A stretch of DNA of 64,000 bases from Segatella copri (GTDB lineage Bacteria > Bacteroidota > Bacteroidia > Bacteroidales > Paludibacteraceae): assembly GCA_963593685.1 (NCBI GenBank), contig CAVBBP010000003.1, positions 3,861 through 67,860 of the forward strand. Direction: 5' to 3'. Each line of letters starts with the position of its first letter. The first letter of the stretch is position 1. Below the pieces are notes generated by a model. The model was not told the DNA's origin. It was given only the letters and a program-made list of their open reading frames with translations, and did no database searches. Positions 9,180 to 17,977 of this stretch are shown here, one piece after another. A program made the position numbers and the translations under genes.

Positions 9180-10663
9180 AAAAACAAGGAATAAAGTATT
9201 ATCAAGTTTCCAATAAGAATTGGTATAGGATACACTTTGTAAGACCACGATTCAAAAGTAATATAGAGAATGTCTTACTTTACATGGCCAACGAATGTTG
9301 CCGTATTCCTAAGTGTTCGTGTGCAGAATACAGCAAAAGGTATTTTAATGCTATTAAAATGTTTCCAGGTAATGTTGGTATGAAAAAGAAAACTCTCGAT
9401 AATTGGAGAACGGAAATACCTGCGCTGTTTGGATTTTATAAGGAGAATAAAGATCGTAACATCACGGAAACATCTCCAATGGCTGTGTTTTTACACGAGA
9501 ATCAAGATTTAACACAATTTTTAAGGATATTTTTATATTCCTTTCAGTTTCCTGGTGGACATATGAAATCCAACGATGTAAAGGATATCATATCTCATGG
9601 CATTAAATTCAAGCCAGCAAAGATAATTATACAAGTATTAATGGCAGGTAACGAAATTCTAAACAACGAGAATAGCTCAAAAGATATGTCTTTATCCGCA
9701 GAAGAAGCCACTTACTGTATATTCAATGATGTGCGCGTAACAAGTGGAAAACGCTCGCCTTCCGAAATCGCAAAAATTATATTGGAAAATCGGAAAAATT
9801 CTGTTAAATATTACAATTCCAAAGATGTAAAAATATGTTCATTGAGAGGAAATGCAAGAACAAAAGGCGACGTAACAAGATATGCTGGAGATATTCTTGA
9901 TTACATGGAAATAGCCAATTTATTGATTAAGAGAAATGGTTATTTTTCGTTGAAAGAGAACGAATTGTCAGCCCTAACGACCTTTGCAAATGATACAACA
10001 TGGTTTTGTGGATATGATAATTTTTATGGCAAAGAGAATGTGGAAACAACGGATATAGCAAAAATTGAACCAGAATGGTTTGAATATGTTAACAAATCTT
10101 TAAAGCCAGATCTTTTTAGGACGGATATTCGTTCAATTATGGCGGAAAATGACGAAATAGATGTTATTTTTACAGATAGAATAAAAGATCTCGTGGCATC
10201 TGATGATAGAACTACTAGAGATATCGGAAATCTTGGTGAAGCTATTATTTGTAGCCATGAAAAAATGAGGCTAAAAAAAAGTGGCTACGAGAAATTCATT
10301 CATGCTATTCAAATAGTCGATAGTCCTTCTTACCATCCTGGATATGATATTGATAGTTACGAGGCCGACGGAACGGAATGCCATAGATATATTGAAGTAA
10401 AAACTACTATTAGTAAGCAAAAAATACAAATGTATGGTTTCCATATGTCGCCAAATGAATGGCGAGTAGCGGCAACAATCAAAGAACATTATTGTGTATA
10501 TCGTTTAATGTTGAATGAACACAGCAAAACGCTTATTATTTTAAGAAATCCAGTGAATTTGTATAAAACAGACAAAATAGAGGCAGAACCGCATGATGGA
10601 ATGGAAATTTCGTTTTCTACAGAAACATTTGTACCAACAGAATTATTGATATGGAAAGAATAA
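9176..10663 (+). CDS. candidate type II restriction endonuclease (PD-(D/E)xK, DUF3883-like C-terminus)
   Basis: Sandwiched between and overlapping two m5C methyltransferase genes; C-terminal GNLGEAIICSHE...GYDIDSYEADG...RYIEVKTT...MSPNEWRVAA...YCVYRL fits a D..(E)xK nuclease core; I recognise nothing in the N-terminal ~340 aa. Confidence 0.55.
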   Translation: MKKQGIKYYQVSNKNWYRIHFVRPRFKSNIENVLLYMANECCRIPKCSCAEYSKRYFNAIKMFPGNVGMKKKTLDNWRTEIPALFGFYKENKDRNITETSPMAVFLHENQDLTQFLRIFLYSFQFPGGHMKSNDVKDIISHGIKFKPAKIIIQVLMAGNEILNNENSSKDMSLSAEEATYCIFNDVRVTSGKRSPSEIAKIILENRKNSVKYYNSKDVKICSLRGNARTKGDVTRYAGDILDYMEIANLLIKRNGYFSLKENELSALTTFANDTTWFCGYDNFYGKENVETTDIAKIEPEWFEYVNKSLKPDLFRTDIRSIMAENDEIDVIFTDRIKDLVASDDRTTRDIGNLGEAIICSHEKMRLKKSGYEKFIHAIQIVDSPSYHPGYDIDSYEADGTECHRYIEVKTTISKQKIQMYGFHMSPNEWRVAATIKEHYCVYRLMLNEHSKTLIILRNPVNLYKTDKIEAEPHDGMEISFSTETFVPTELLIWKE

Positions 10664-11640
10664 AAGTAGCCTCATTGTTTTGTGGTTGTGGTGGTATGGA
10701 TTTGGGAATACTTGGAGGATTCTCATATCTTGAAAAAAAGTATGAAAAAAATGCTTTTGATGTTGTGTATGCTGTAGACAATGACGAATATTGTACAAAA
10801 ATATATAACGAAAATTTCGAGCATAAGTGTATTGTCGAAGATGTACGACGAATAGAAATCGATAAGATCCCTAGTTTTGATATGCTTATAGGCGGTTTCC
10901 CTTGTCAGTCATTTTCCATTTCTGCTCAAAATCCTCCTCGTTTAGGTTGCAAAGATGAGAGGGGTATGTTATTTTTTGAAATGGTAAAAATTCTTAAAAT
11001 GCGTCAACCTCGCTTTTTTATTGCAGAAAATGTAAAGGGCATACTTTCTGCGAATAAGGGAGGAGCATTTCCAATGATTATAAGTGAATTTAGAAATGCA
11101 GGTTATAAGGTAACTTATAAATTACTAAATGCCTATGAATATGGTGTGCCACAAAAGAGAGAGCGCATAATAATCGTTGGTTTTCGTAACGAAAAAGATT
11201 ACACAAAATTTAGATTTCCACAGAAAGTAGATACATATAATCGTAAAGTATTGGGCGATGTTATATTGGAAGAAGCAAATAATGATGAACAACTTTTTTT
11301 TAGTAATAAGGCTGTTGAAGGCATGATGGCCGTACGACAAAAAATGAACAAAGGAAGGACTATGAAACTTGAACAACCATGTAATACAATAAGTGCACAC
11401 CTTGCAAAAGTTAGCCTTAATAGTACAGATCCTGTTTTAATGGTTGGCGACCGATATAGACGATTTTCACCAAGAGAAGCAGCAAGTATACAGTCGTTTC
11501 CAAATACTTTCAAATTAGATGCCGTTTCTCAAATACGCCAATATAAGGCTATCGGTAATGCAGTTCCGCCTGTAATGATGTGGCATATAGCAAAAGCATT
11601 GCAAGATGTTATGGAAAATTCTAACTCGACAACGCCATGA
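10651..11640 (+). CDS. DNA (cytosine-5)-methyltransferase, RM subunit M2
   Basis: VASLFCGCGGMDLG, GGFPCQSFS, ENVKG, QKRERIII, GNAVPP; 13-nt overlap with the nuclease ORF. Confidence 0.95.
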   Translation: MERIKVASLFCGCGGMDLGILGGFSYLEKKYEKNAFDVVYAVDNDEYCTKIYNENFEHKCIVEDVRRIEIDKIPSFDMLIGGFPCQSFSISAQNPPRLGCKDERGMLFFEMVKILKMRQPRFFIAENVKGILSANKGGAFPMIISEFRNAGYKVTYKLLNAYEYGVPQKRERIIIVGFRNEKDYTKFRFPQKVDTYNRKVLGDVILEEANNDEQLFFSNKAVEGMMAVRQKMNKGRTMKLEQPCNTISAHLAKVSLNSTDPVLMVGDRYRRFSPREAASIQSFPNTFKLDAVSQIRQYKAIGNAVPPVMMWHIAKALQDVMENSNSTTP

Positions 11641-12137
11641 CCTACGAAACCAAATACGCGTCGCCGTTGGGCGTGCTGGTGCTGCAGAGCGATGGTCGCT
11701 ATTTGACGCGCCTCTTTTTTGCTGATTCGCACGCTGCCGTGAAGGGCGGGGTGCAGGTCGAAGAGAAACGCCTCCCGATTTTTGAGCAAACAGTCCGCTG
11801 GCTCGACATCTATTTTGGTGGCGCAGTGCCCGATTTCACGCCCGAATACCGCATCGAAGGGAGCACGCCTTTTCGGCAGCAGGTGTTGCAGTTGGTGTGC
11901 CAAATTCCATACGGCCAAACGGCGACCTACGGCGATTTGGCGCAGCAGATAGCCGCCGCAAACGGCCTCGAAAAGATGTCGGCGCAGGCGGTGGGTGGCG
12001 CAGTTGGCTGGAATCCCATCTGTCTTGTAGTGCCGTGCCACCGCGTGGTCGGCGCACACGGCAACCTGACGGGCTACCGCGGCGGCCTCGCACGCAAAAA
12101 GCAGTTGCTGGACTTGGAAAGAGTAGAAAGTGTGTAA
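11637..12137 (+). CDS. ogt: methylated-DNA-protein-cysteine methyltransferase
   Basis: IPYGQTATYGDLA and active-site VPCHRVVG; GC returns to host level exactly at its ATG (ATGA overlap with M2 stop). Confidence 0.9.
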   Translation: MTYETKYASPLGVLVLQSDGRYLTRLFFADSHAAVKGGVQVEEKRLPIFEQTVRWLDIYFGGAVPDFTPEYRIEGSTPFRQQVLQLVCQIPYGQTATYGDLAQQIAAANGLEKMSAQAVGGAVGWNPICLVVPCHRVVGAHGNLTGYRGGLARKKQLLDLERVESV

Positions 12138-12403
12138 AGTTTATAAAGTAAAAAGTGTGTAAAGTGTGTAAAGTTATTTCTAATTTCTAGTTTCTAATTT
12201 CTAATTGTTTCTCAAAATTGCGGCAGCAATTTTTGTTTCTAGGTTTCTGGTTATTTGTTGAATCGTTTAATCGTTGAACTGTTGAAGCGTTTCGGACGCA
12301 CTCGGTGCGTCCCTACAATTTGAAATCTGAAATTTGAAATTCTGTCATTGCGGCTCTGCCGCATCACTCCTCACTCCTAATTCCTAACTCCTCACTCAAA
12401 AAC
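12123..12403 (-). repeat. mosaic repeat block, reverse complement of the 2728..3113 order (m-l-k-j-i-h-g-e-d-b)
   Basis: GTAGAAAGTGTGTAAAGTTTATAAAGT starts inside the last ogt codons; g hairpin 12294..12312 as GGACGCACTCGGTGCGTCC; ends CACTCCTCACTCCTAATTCCTAACTCCTCACTC just before ATG 12404. Confidence 0.9.
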
Positions 12404-15400
12404 ATGACTCGTTTTTTTCTGAAAATATACGATTTTTTTGAACGGCGGCGCGCGTTGATGTGGCTGCTGATGCTCGTTTCGGTGGTGGTGATGGCGCTGC
12501 TGGCGGCGCAACTGCGGTTGCACACCGACATCACCAGTTTTGTGCCTGAAAGTGCAGAGCAGGGCGGCAGCAAGGAGATTTTGGCGAATTTGAAGATAAA
12601 AGACCGCATTATCGTGCTGTTTTCGGCTGAAAATGAGGTGATTACGCCCGACGATTTGATTGCCGTAGCCGACGCTTTCGAGGACGAACTTTGGCAGCGC
12701 ACCGATTCGGCGCACATTCTCAATCTCGACGCGCACATCGATGTGTCGGTGGTTGATAACACCATCAATTTTATCTATCGCAATCTGCCTGTTTTTCTCG
12801 ATTCGGCCGACTACGCCGCGCTCGACAGCCTTTTGCAGCCGCAGGTTTGCGACGAACGCATGGCCGAAAATTACCGCGATTTGCTCTCGCCGATGAGCGT
12901 AGGTGTGCAGGATATTGTGCTACGCGATCCGTTCGGACTGGGCAGTCGCACGCTCGCTAAATTGCAGAATTTCAATCAGTTCGACGGATTCGCCATCTAC
13001 GACGACCGCCTTTTTTCTGACGATTTCAAAACGCTTTTTCTCTTTATCGATTCGCAGGACGGCAGCAACGCATCGCCGCTGAACGACGCACTGACCACTG
13101 CCATCGAGGAGAGTTTGGCGCAAGTGAACTCCGAAAATATCGCGGCTGAGTGCTACGGCGTGCCGATAATCGCCACCTATAATGCGCGGCAAATTCAGCG
13201 CGATTTGATGGTTACCGTCAATGTGGCGCTGTTGGTCATTATTGTGCTTATCTTGCTGGCTTTCAGGCGGAAACGAACCATTTTCTTGCTGATTTTGCCT
13301 GTGGTTTATGGCACACTGTTCGCTGCGGCGTGCATCTATCTGGCGCAAGGGCAGATTTCTGCCATCGCCATCGGCACAGGAGCGGTGGTTTTGGGCGTGG
13401 CGTTGAGTTATTCGGTGCATGTCATTTCGCACGCCGAGCATAGCAGCAACGCACGGCAGGTTATTGCCGAACTGACCTATCCGCTCACCATCGGCAGCAT
13501 CACCACCATCGGCGCATTTGTAGGTTTGCAGTTCACCAGTTCGCCGCTGTTGCAAGATTTTGGGCTGTTTGCCGCCTTGTGTTTGGTGGGAACAACGCTT
13601 TTTTGTCTCATTTTTCTGCCACATTTCTTGACGGCGGGCGGCGGCCAAACCAAACGGCGCGCCATGCGCATTATCGACAAGATAAACTCCTATCCCTACG
13701 ACCGAAATCGTTGGCTGATAGGCGGTTTGGCGGTGGTTACCATTGTTGCGCTCTTCACCTGCAACGATGTGCGTTTCAACTACGACATGATGCAACTCAG
13801 TTACCGACCGCCGCACCTCGAAAACGCTGGGAAACGCCTCCACAACCGCCCCGACGAGGATATGTCGATTTTGCTTGTGTCGCACAGCGGAAACGCCGAA
13901 AAAGCCGTTGCCGACTATGCCGCTACCAACGCCATTTTGCATGCGGCGTGCGATTCGCAGACGGTGCAGAAATATATGTCGGCCGCCGATTTTTTGCCGA
14001 CCATCAGCGTGCAAACCGAGCGCATTGCACATTGGAACGCCTATTTTTCGGCCGAAAAACGGGCGAAAATTGCCGCACAACTGCACCAATCGGCTCAAAA
14101 AGTGGGCTTTGCAAGCGACGCTTTCGACCAATTTTCCGAAATTATCGGGCAGAACTATGCGCCGCACAACCTTTTGGCCGAATCTGCGGGGCAGCCGTTG
14201 GCATTTTCGAGTTTGGTAGAGCAGAGCGACACAACCACGCTGCTGCTCACGCAAGTTTGGCTGGCCGACGCACACAAGCCCGACCTTTACGCGCAAGTTG
14301 CCAAAACTTCGGCCATCATCGACCAAAGTTATTTCATCGGGCAGGTGGCGCGCTCCATCAACGACGATTTCAACCTGATACTCGCCATCTCGTCGCTGCT
14401 GATATTTGGCGTGCTACTGATTTCGTACGGCCATTTGGTGCTGGCGTTGCTCGCTTTTCTGCCGATGTTTGTCAGTTGGTTCATCATTCTCGGCTTTATG
14501 GCCATTTTCGGCATCGAATTCAACATCGTCAATATCATTCTTTCGACATTCATTTTCGGCATTGGCGACGATTTCAGCATCTTTGTACTCGATGGTTTGC
14601 GCAGCGAATACCGCGAAGGGAAACCGCTACTGCCAGCGCACAAAAACGCCATTTTCTTCTCGTCGCTGATGACCGTTATCGGCATGGGCGCACTGCTTTT
14701 TGCGCACCACCCAGCGGTGCATTCGTTGGCGTTGGTGTCGCTGTTGGGCATTTTGGTGGTGGTGTTTGTGTCGTACATTTTGCAGCCGCTGCTGTTCCGC
14801 TGGTTGGTTACTTGGCCTGCCTCGAAAGGCGGTTGGCCTGTGGCTGTGAGCGACCTGCTGCGCACCGCTTATGTTTTCACTATCTTTCTGATTCTCTGTG
14901 TTTTAACGCAAATAGCCATCGTCGTTTTGCTGATTGTTCCATCGACCATGCGCTGGAAACGCCGCACGATGTGTCGCATTGTACGGCTGGTGCTTTACTG
15001 CACACACCACTGCGTTCCCGATGTGCGCAATAGCGTGGAGTGCGGCGGCGAAACATTCGAAAAACCAGCCATCATCATCGCCAATCACCAGTCGATTATC
15101 GACCTCACAGCCATCATCGGTATGGTGCCGAAATTGGTCGTTATCACCAAAAAATATGTCTGGCACTCGCCATTTTTCGGCTGGTCGGTGCGTATGGCGG
15201 GCTACATGCATTCCGAGCAGGGCGTCGAACAGATCGACCGCACAGTGGCGCAACGCATTGCCGAAGGCTATTCGGTGCTGATTTTCCCCGAAGGCACGCG
15301 CTCGCCCGACCTGAAAGTGCATCGCTTTCATCAAGGCGCGTTTCTGCTGGCCGAACGACACAAACTCGATATTCTGCCAATCGCTGTTTATGGCAATGGC

Positions 15401-15982
15401 ATGATTTTGTCGAAACGGCAGCCGTTGCTCGTGAAACCGGGGCATTCGGTGCTGAAAGTGCTGCCGCGCGTGGCTTATGACGACCCCACTTTTGGCACGA
15501 CTTACCAAGAGCGCAGCAAAAATTTCAGAATCTATCTGCAACAACAGTACGACCTGCTTTGCGACCGATACAATACGCCCGAAAACGCCTATTTCAGGGC
15601 AGAGTGGCGGCATCGACTGCTCTACAAAGAGACGCAAACCGAGTTGCAACTCTGCCTCAAAGCGCAGCGCGAACACTATTTTACCGCTCTCGATAGGCAG
15701 ATTCCGCGCACTGCCACGGTGGCGCAACTGGCGTGCGGTTACGCGCCCGAAGCGTTGATGTTGGCACTGCTCGCCGACGGACGCACCATTGTCGGTATCG
15801 ACAGCGATGCCACGAAAATCGCCGTTTGCAGCCACTACAACCTGCCCAACGCCACATTCGTCTGTGCCGACCCGCTCACCTGCGCATTACCGCAAGCCGA
15901 TTTCTATCTGGTGCAAAAAAACAATGCTGCGCTCGCCGTTCGCTGCCAACACGCTGGTTTTAAGGTGATTTTGTGCACCTAA
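12404..15982 (+). CDS. MMPL/RND-like transporter fused to lysophospholipid acyltransferase (PlsC) and a methyltransferase-like tail
   Basis: Residues ~1-800 have two multi-TM bundles separated by soluble loops; acyltransferase motifs ANHQSIIDL (HX4D) and FPEGTRS; C-terminal IVGIDSD / FVCADP class I MTase-like strands with a degenerate motif I (LACGYAPEA). Confidence 0.8.
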   Translation: MTRFFLKIYDFFERRRALMWLLMLVSVVVMALLAAQLRLHTDITSFVPESAEQGGSKEILANLKIKDRIIVLFSAENEVITPDDLIAVADAFEDELWQRTDSAHILNLDAHIDVSVVDNTINFIYRNLPVFLDSADYAALDSLLQPQVCDERMAENYRDLLSPMSVGVQDIVLRDPFGLGSRTLAKLQNFNQFDGFAIYDDRLFSDDFKTLFLFIDSQDGSNASPLNDALTTAIEESLAQVNSENIAAECYGVPIIATYNARQIQRDLMVTVNVALLVIIVLILLAFRRKRTIFLLILPVVYGTLFAAACIYLAQGQISAIAIGTGAVVLGVALSYSVHVISHAEHSSNARQVIAELTYPLTIGSITTIGAFVGLQFTSSPLLQDFGLFAALCLVGTTLFCLIFLPHFLTAGGGQTKRRAMRIIDKINSYPYDRNRWLIGGLAVVTIVALFTCNDVRFNYDMMQLSYRPPHLENAGKRLHNRPDEDMSILLVSHSGNAEKAVADYAATNAILHAACDSQTVQKYMSAADFLPTISVQTERIAHWNAYFSAEKRAKIAAQLHQSAQKVGFASDAFDQFSEIIGQNYAPHNLLAESAGQPLAFSSLVEQSDTTTLLLTQVWLADAHKPDLYAQVAKTSAIIDQSYFIGQVARSINDDFNLILAISSLLIFGVLLISYGHLVLALLAFLPMFVSWFIILGFMAIFGIEFNIVNIILSTFIFGIGDDFSIFVLDGLRSEYREGKPLLPAHKNAIFFSSLMTVIGMGALLFAHHPAVHSLALVSLLGILVVVFVSYILQPLLFRWLVTWPASKGGWPVAVSDLLRTAYVFTIFLILCVLTQIAIVVLLIVPSTMRWKRRTMCRIVRLVLYCTHHCVPDVRNSVECGGETFEKPAIIIANHQSIIDLTAIIGMVPKLVVITKKYVWHSPFFGWSVRMAGYMHSEQGVEQIDRTVAQRIAEGYSVLIFPEGTRSPDLKVHRFHQGAFLLAERHKLDILPIAVYGNGMILSKRQPLLVKPGHSVLKVLPRVAYDDPTFGTTYQERSKNFRIYLQQQYDLLCDRYNTPENAYFRAEWRHRLLYKETQTELQLCLKAQREHYFTALDRQIPRTATVAQLACGYAPEALMLALLADGRTIVGIDSDATKIAVCSHYNLPNATFVCADPLTCALPQADFYLVQKNNAALAVRCQHAGFKVILCT

Positions 15983-16039
15983 AAAGTCGTTGTTAATAAC
16001 TAAACGGCACAAAAAGGCGACAATTTGGCGTATTTTGAC

Positions 16040-16047
16040 TATCTTTG
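16040..16047 (+). promoter_or_regulatory. -7 box TATCTTTG (TAnnTTTG) for fabD
   Basis: Matches the Bacteroides -7 consensus, 35 nt upstream of ATG 16082. Confidence 0.5.
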
Positions 16048-16081
16048 TCGGTTATTTGATAACCAAAACATTTTGAAAGAT

Positions 16082-16951
16082 ATGAAAGCATTTGTTTTCC
16101 CCGGTCAAGGTGCGCAATTTGTCGGTATGGGCAAAGACCTTTACGAGTCGTCGCCGCTGGCCAAAAATTTGTTCGAAAAAGCTAACGAAATAGTTGGTTT
16201 TCGCATCACCGATTTGATGTTTGCTGGCACCGACGAGGATTTGCGCCAAACTAAAGTTACACAACCCGCCGTTTTTCTGCACTCGGTCATCTCGGCGTTG
16301 GTTTTGGGTGATAGTTTTCAGCCCGATATGGTCGCTGGCCACTCGTTGGGCGAATTTTCGGCATTGGTAGCCGCCCGCGCACTCTCGTTCGACGATGGTC
16401 TGAAACTAGTGTCGGCGCGCGCACAAGCCATGCAAAAAGCCTGCGAAAAACAGCCTGGCACGATGGCGGCCGTCATCGCCATGCCCGATGAAAAAATCGA
16501 GGAGATTTTGACGACAATCGACGGAATAGTCGTTCCCGCCAACTATAATTGCCCCGGACAATTAGTCATTTCTGGCGCAGTAGAAGCCATCGACGAGGCG
16601 TGCGAAAAGTTGAAGGCCGCAGGTGCCAAACGCGCCATCAAACTGGCTGTGGGCGGAGCGTTCCACTCGCCGTTGATGGAGCCAGCACGCGCCGAACTCG
16701 AAACGGCCATTCGTGCTACCGAATTTCATGCGCCCATCTGCCCCATCTACCAAAATTTCGATGCGCAACCGCACACCTGCCCCGACGAGATAAAAGCCAA
16801 CCTCATCGCCCAACTGACGGGCGCAGTGCGCTGGTCGCAAAGCGTGCAGAATATGATTGCCGACGGTGCCGACTATTTCAAAGAACTCGGCCCCGGCACC
16901 GTGCTGCAAGGCTTGGTACGCAAAATCAATCCCGATGTTACCGCAGAGTAA
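16082..16951 (+). CDS. fabD: malonyl CoA-ACP transacylase
   Basis: MKAFVFPGQGAQ start, GHSLGEFSAL active site; track start 16025 lies upstream of the promoter box, so ATG 16082 is preferred. Confidence 0.9.
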   Translation: MKAFVFPGQGAQFVGMGKDLYESSPLAKNLFEKANEIVGFRITDLMFAGTDEDLRQTKVTQPAVFLHSVISALVLGDSFQPDMVAGHSLGEFSALVAARALSFDDGLKLVSARAQAMQKACEKQPGTMAAVIAMPDEKIEEILTTIDGIVVPANYNCPGQLVISGAVEAIDEACEKLKAAGAKRAIKLAVGGAFHSPLMEPARAELETAIRATEFHAPICPIYQNFDAQPHTCPDEIKANLIAQLTGAVRWSQSVQNMIADGADYFKELGPGTVLQGLVRKINPDVTAE

Positions 16952-17167
16952 TGAGATTTCAAAATTTCAAATTCCAAATTTCAGAATTTCAAATTGTAGG
17001 GACGCACCGCGTGCGTCCGAACGCTTCAACAGTTCAACGATTAAACAAAACATAGAAACAGCGCGAAGCGCGAGAGACTTAGAAACAAAAATTGCGGCAG
17101 CAATTTTGAGAAACAATTAGAAACTATAAATCAGAAATCAGAAATAACCAAATCCACAACAAAAAAA
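16952..17167 (+). repeat. mosaic repeat block (e-g-h-j-k-l-i)
   Basis: g hairpin variant GGACGCACCGCGTGCGTCC at 17000..17018; AGCGCGAAGCGCGAG; AAAATTGCGGCAGCAATTTT; ends AAATCCACAACAAAAAAA before the nagB ATG. Confidence 0.9.
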
Positions 17168-17977
17168 ATGAGACTTATCATTCAACCAGATTACAACGAG
17201 GTGTCGCGCTGGGCGGCACACTATGTCGCACACCGCATACTGGAAGCGCAGCCAACGACCGAAAAACCGTTTGTGCTGGGACTTCCAACGGGTTCGTCGC
17301 CGCTGGGCATGTACCGCGAACTCATCAATCTGAACAAACAGGGTATCATCTCGTTCCAAAATGTCATTACATTCAACATGGACGAGTACATCGGGCTGCC
17401 CGAAGAACACCCCGAAAGTTACCACGCTTTCATGTGGAACAATTTTTTCAAACACATCGACATCAATCGCGAAAATGTGAACATTCTCAACGGCAACGCT
17501 GCCGATTTGGACGCTGAATGTGCCGACTACGAGGCGCGCATCAAAGCGGTGGGCGGAATCGATCTGTTTTTGGGCGGCATTGGTCCCGACGGACATATCG
17601 CTTTCAACGAACCGGGTTCGTCGCTGGCATCGCGCACACGCCAAAAAACGCTGACGACCGACACTATCATTGCCAATTCGCGCTTCTTCGACAATGATGT
17701 GAACAAAGTGCCGAAAACCGCGCTCACCGTCGGCGTTGGCACCGTTTTGGACGCACGCGAAGTGCTGATTATCGTGAACGGCCACAACAAGGCGCGCGCC
17801 CTGAAACACGCGGTGGAAGAGGGCGTTTCGCAAATGTGGACCGTGAGCGCACTGCAACTGCACCCGCGCAGCATCATCGTGTGCGACTACGAGGCGTGCT
17901 ACGAACTGAAAGTCGGCACTTACCGCTACTTCCTCGACATCGAAAAAGAAAACCTGAACGCCGAAAATCTTTTGTGA
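17168..17977 (+). CDS. nagB: glucosamine-6-phosphate deaminase
   Basis: MRLIIQPDY..., [23 protein letters not shown]. Confidence 0.92.
   Translation: MRLIIQPDYNEVSRWAAHYVAHRILEAQPTTEKPFVLGLPTGSSPLGMYRELINLNKQGIISFQNVITFNMDEYIGLPEEHPESYHAFMWNNFFKHIDINRENVNILNGNAADLDAECADYEARIKAVGGIDLFLGGIGPDGHIAFNEPGSSLASRTRQKTLTTDTIIANSRFFDNDVNKVPKTALTVGVGTVLDAREVLIIVNGHNKARALKHAVEEGVSQMWTVSALQLHPRSIIVCDYEACYELKVGTYRYFLDIEKENLNAENLL

Noticed and set aside
12920-14326. Long antisense or off-frame ORFs in the track (for example 12920..14326-, 13579..15033+, 24195..25967-, 39239..40627+, 44902..46293-, 59992..61209-, 28934..30106-)
   Set aside because: Each lies entirely inside a confidently identified gene on the other strand or in another frame. 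Their translations are Arg/Ala/Gly/His-rich, low-information shadows typical of GC-rich coding DNA, and none has a recognisable motif.
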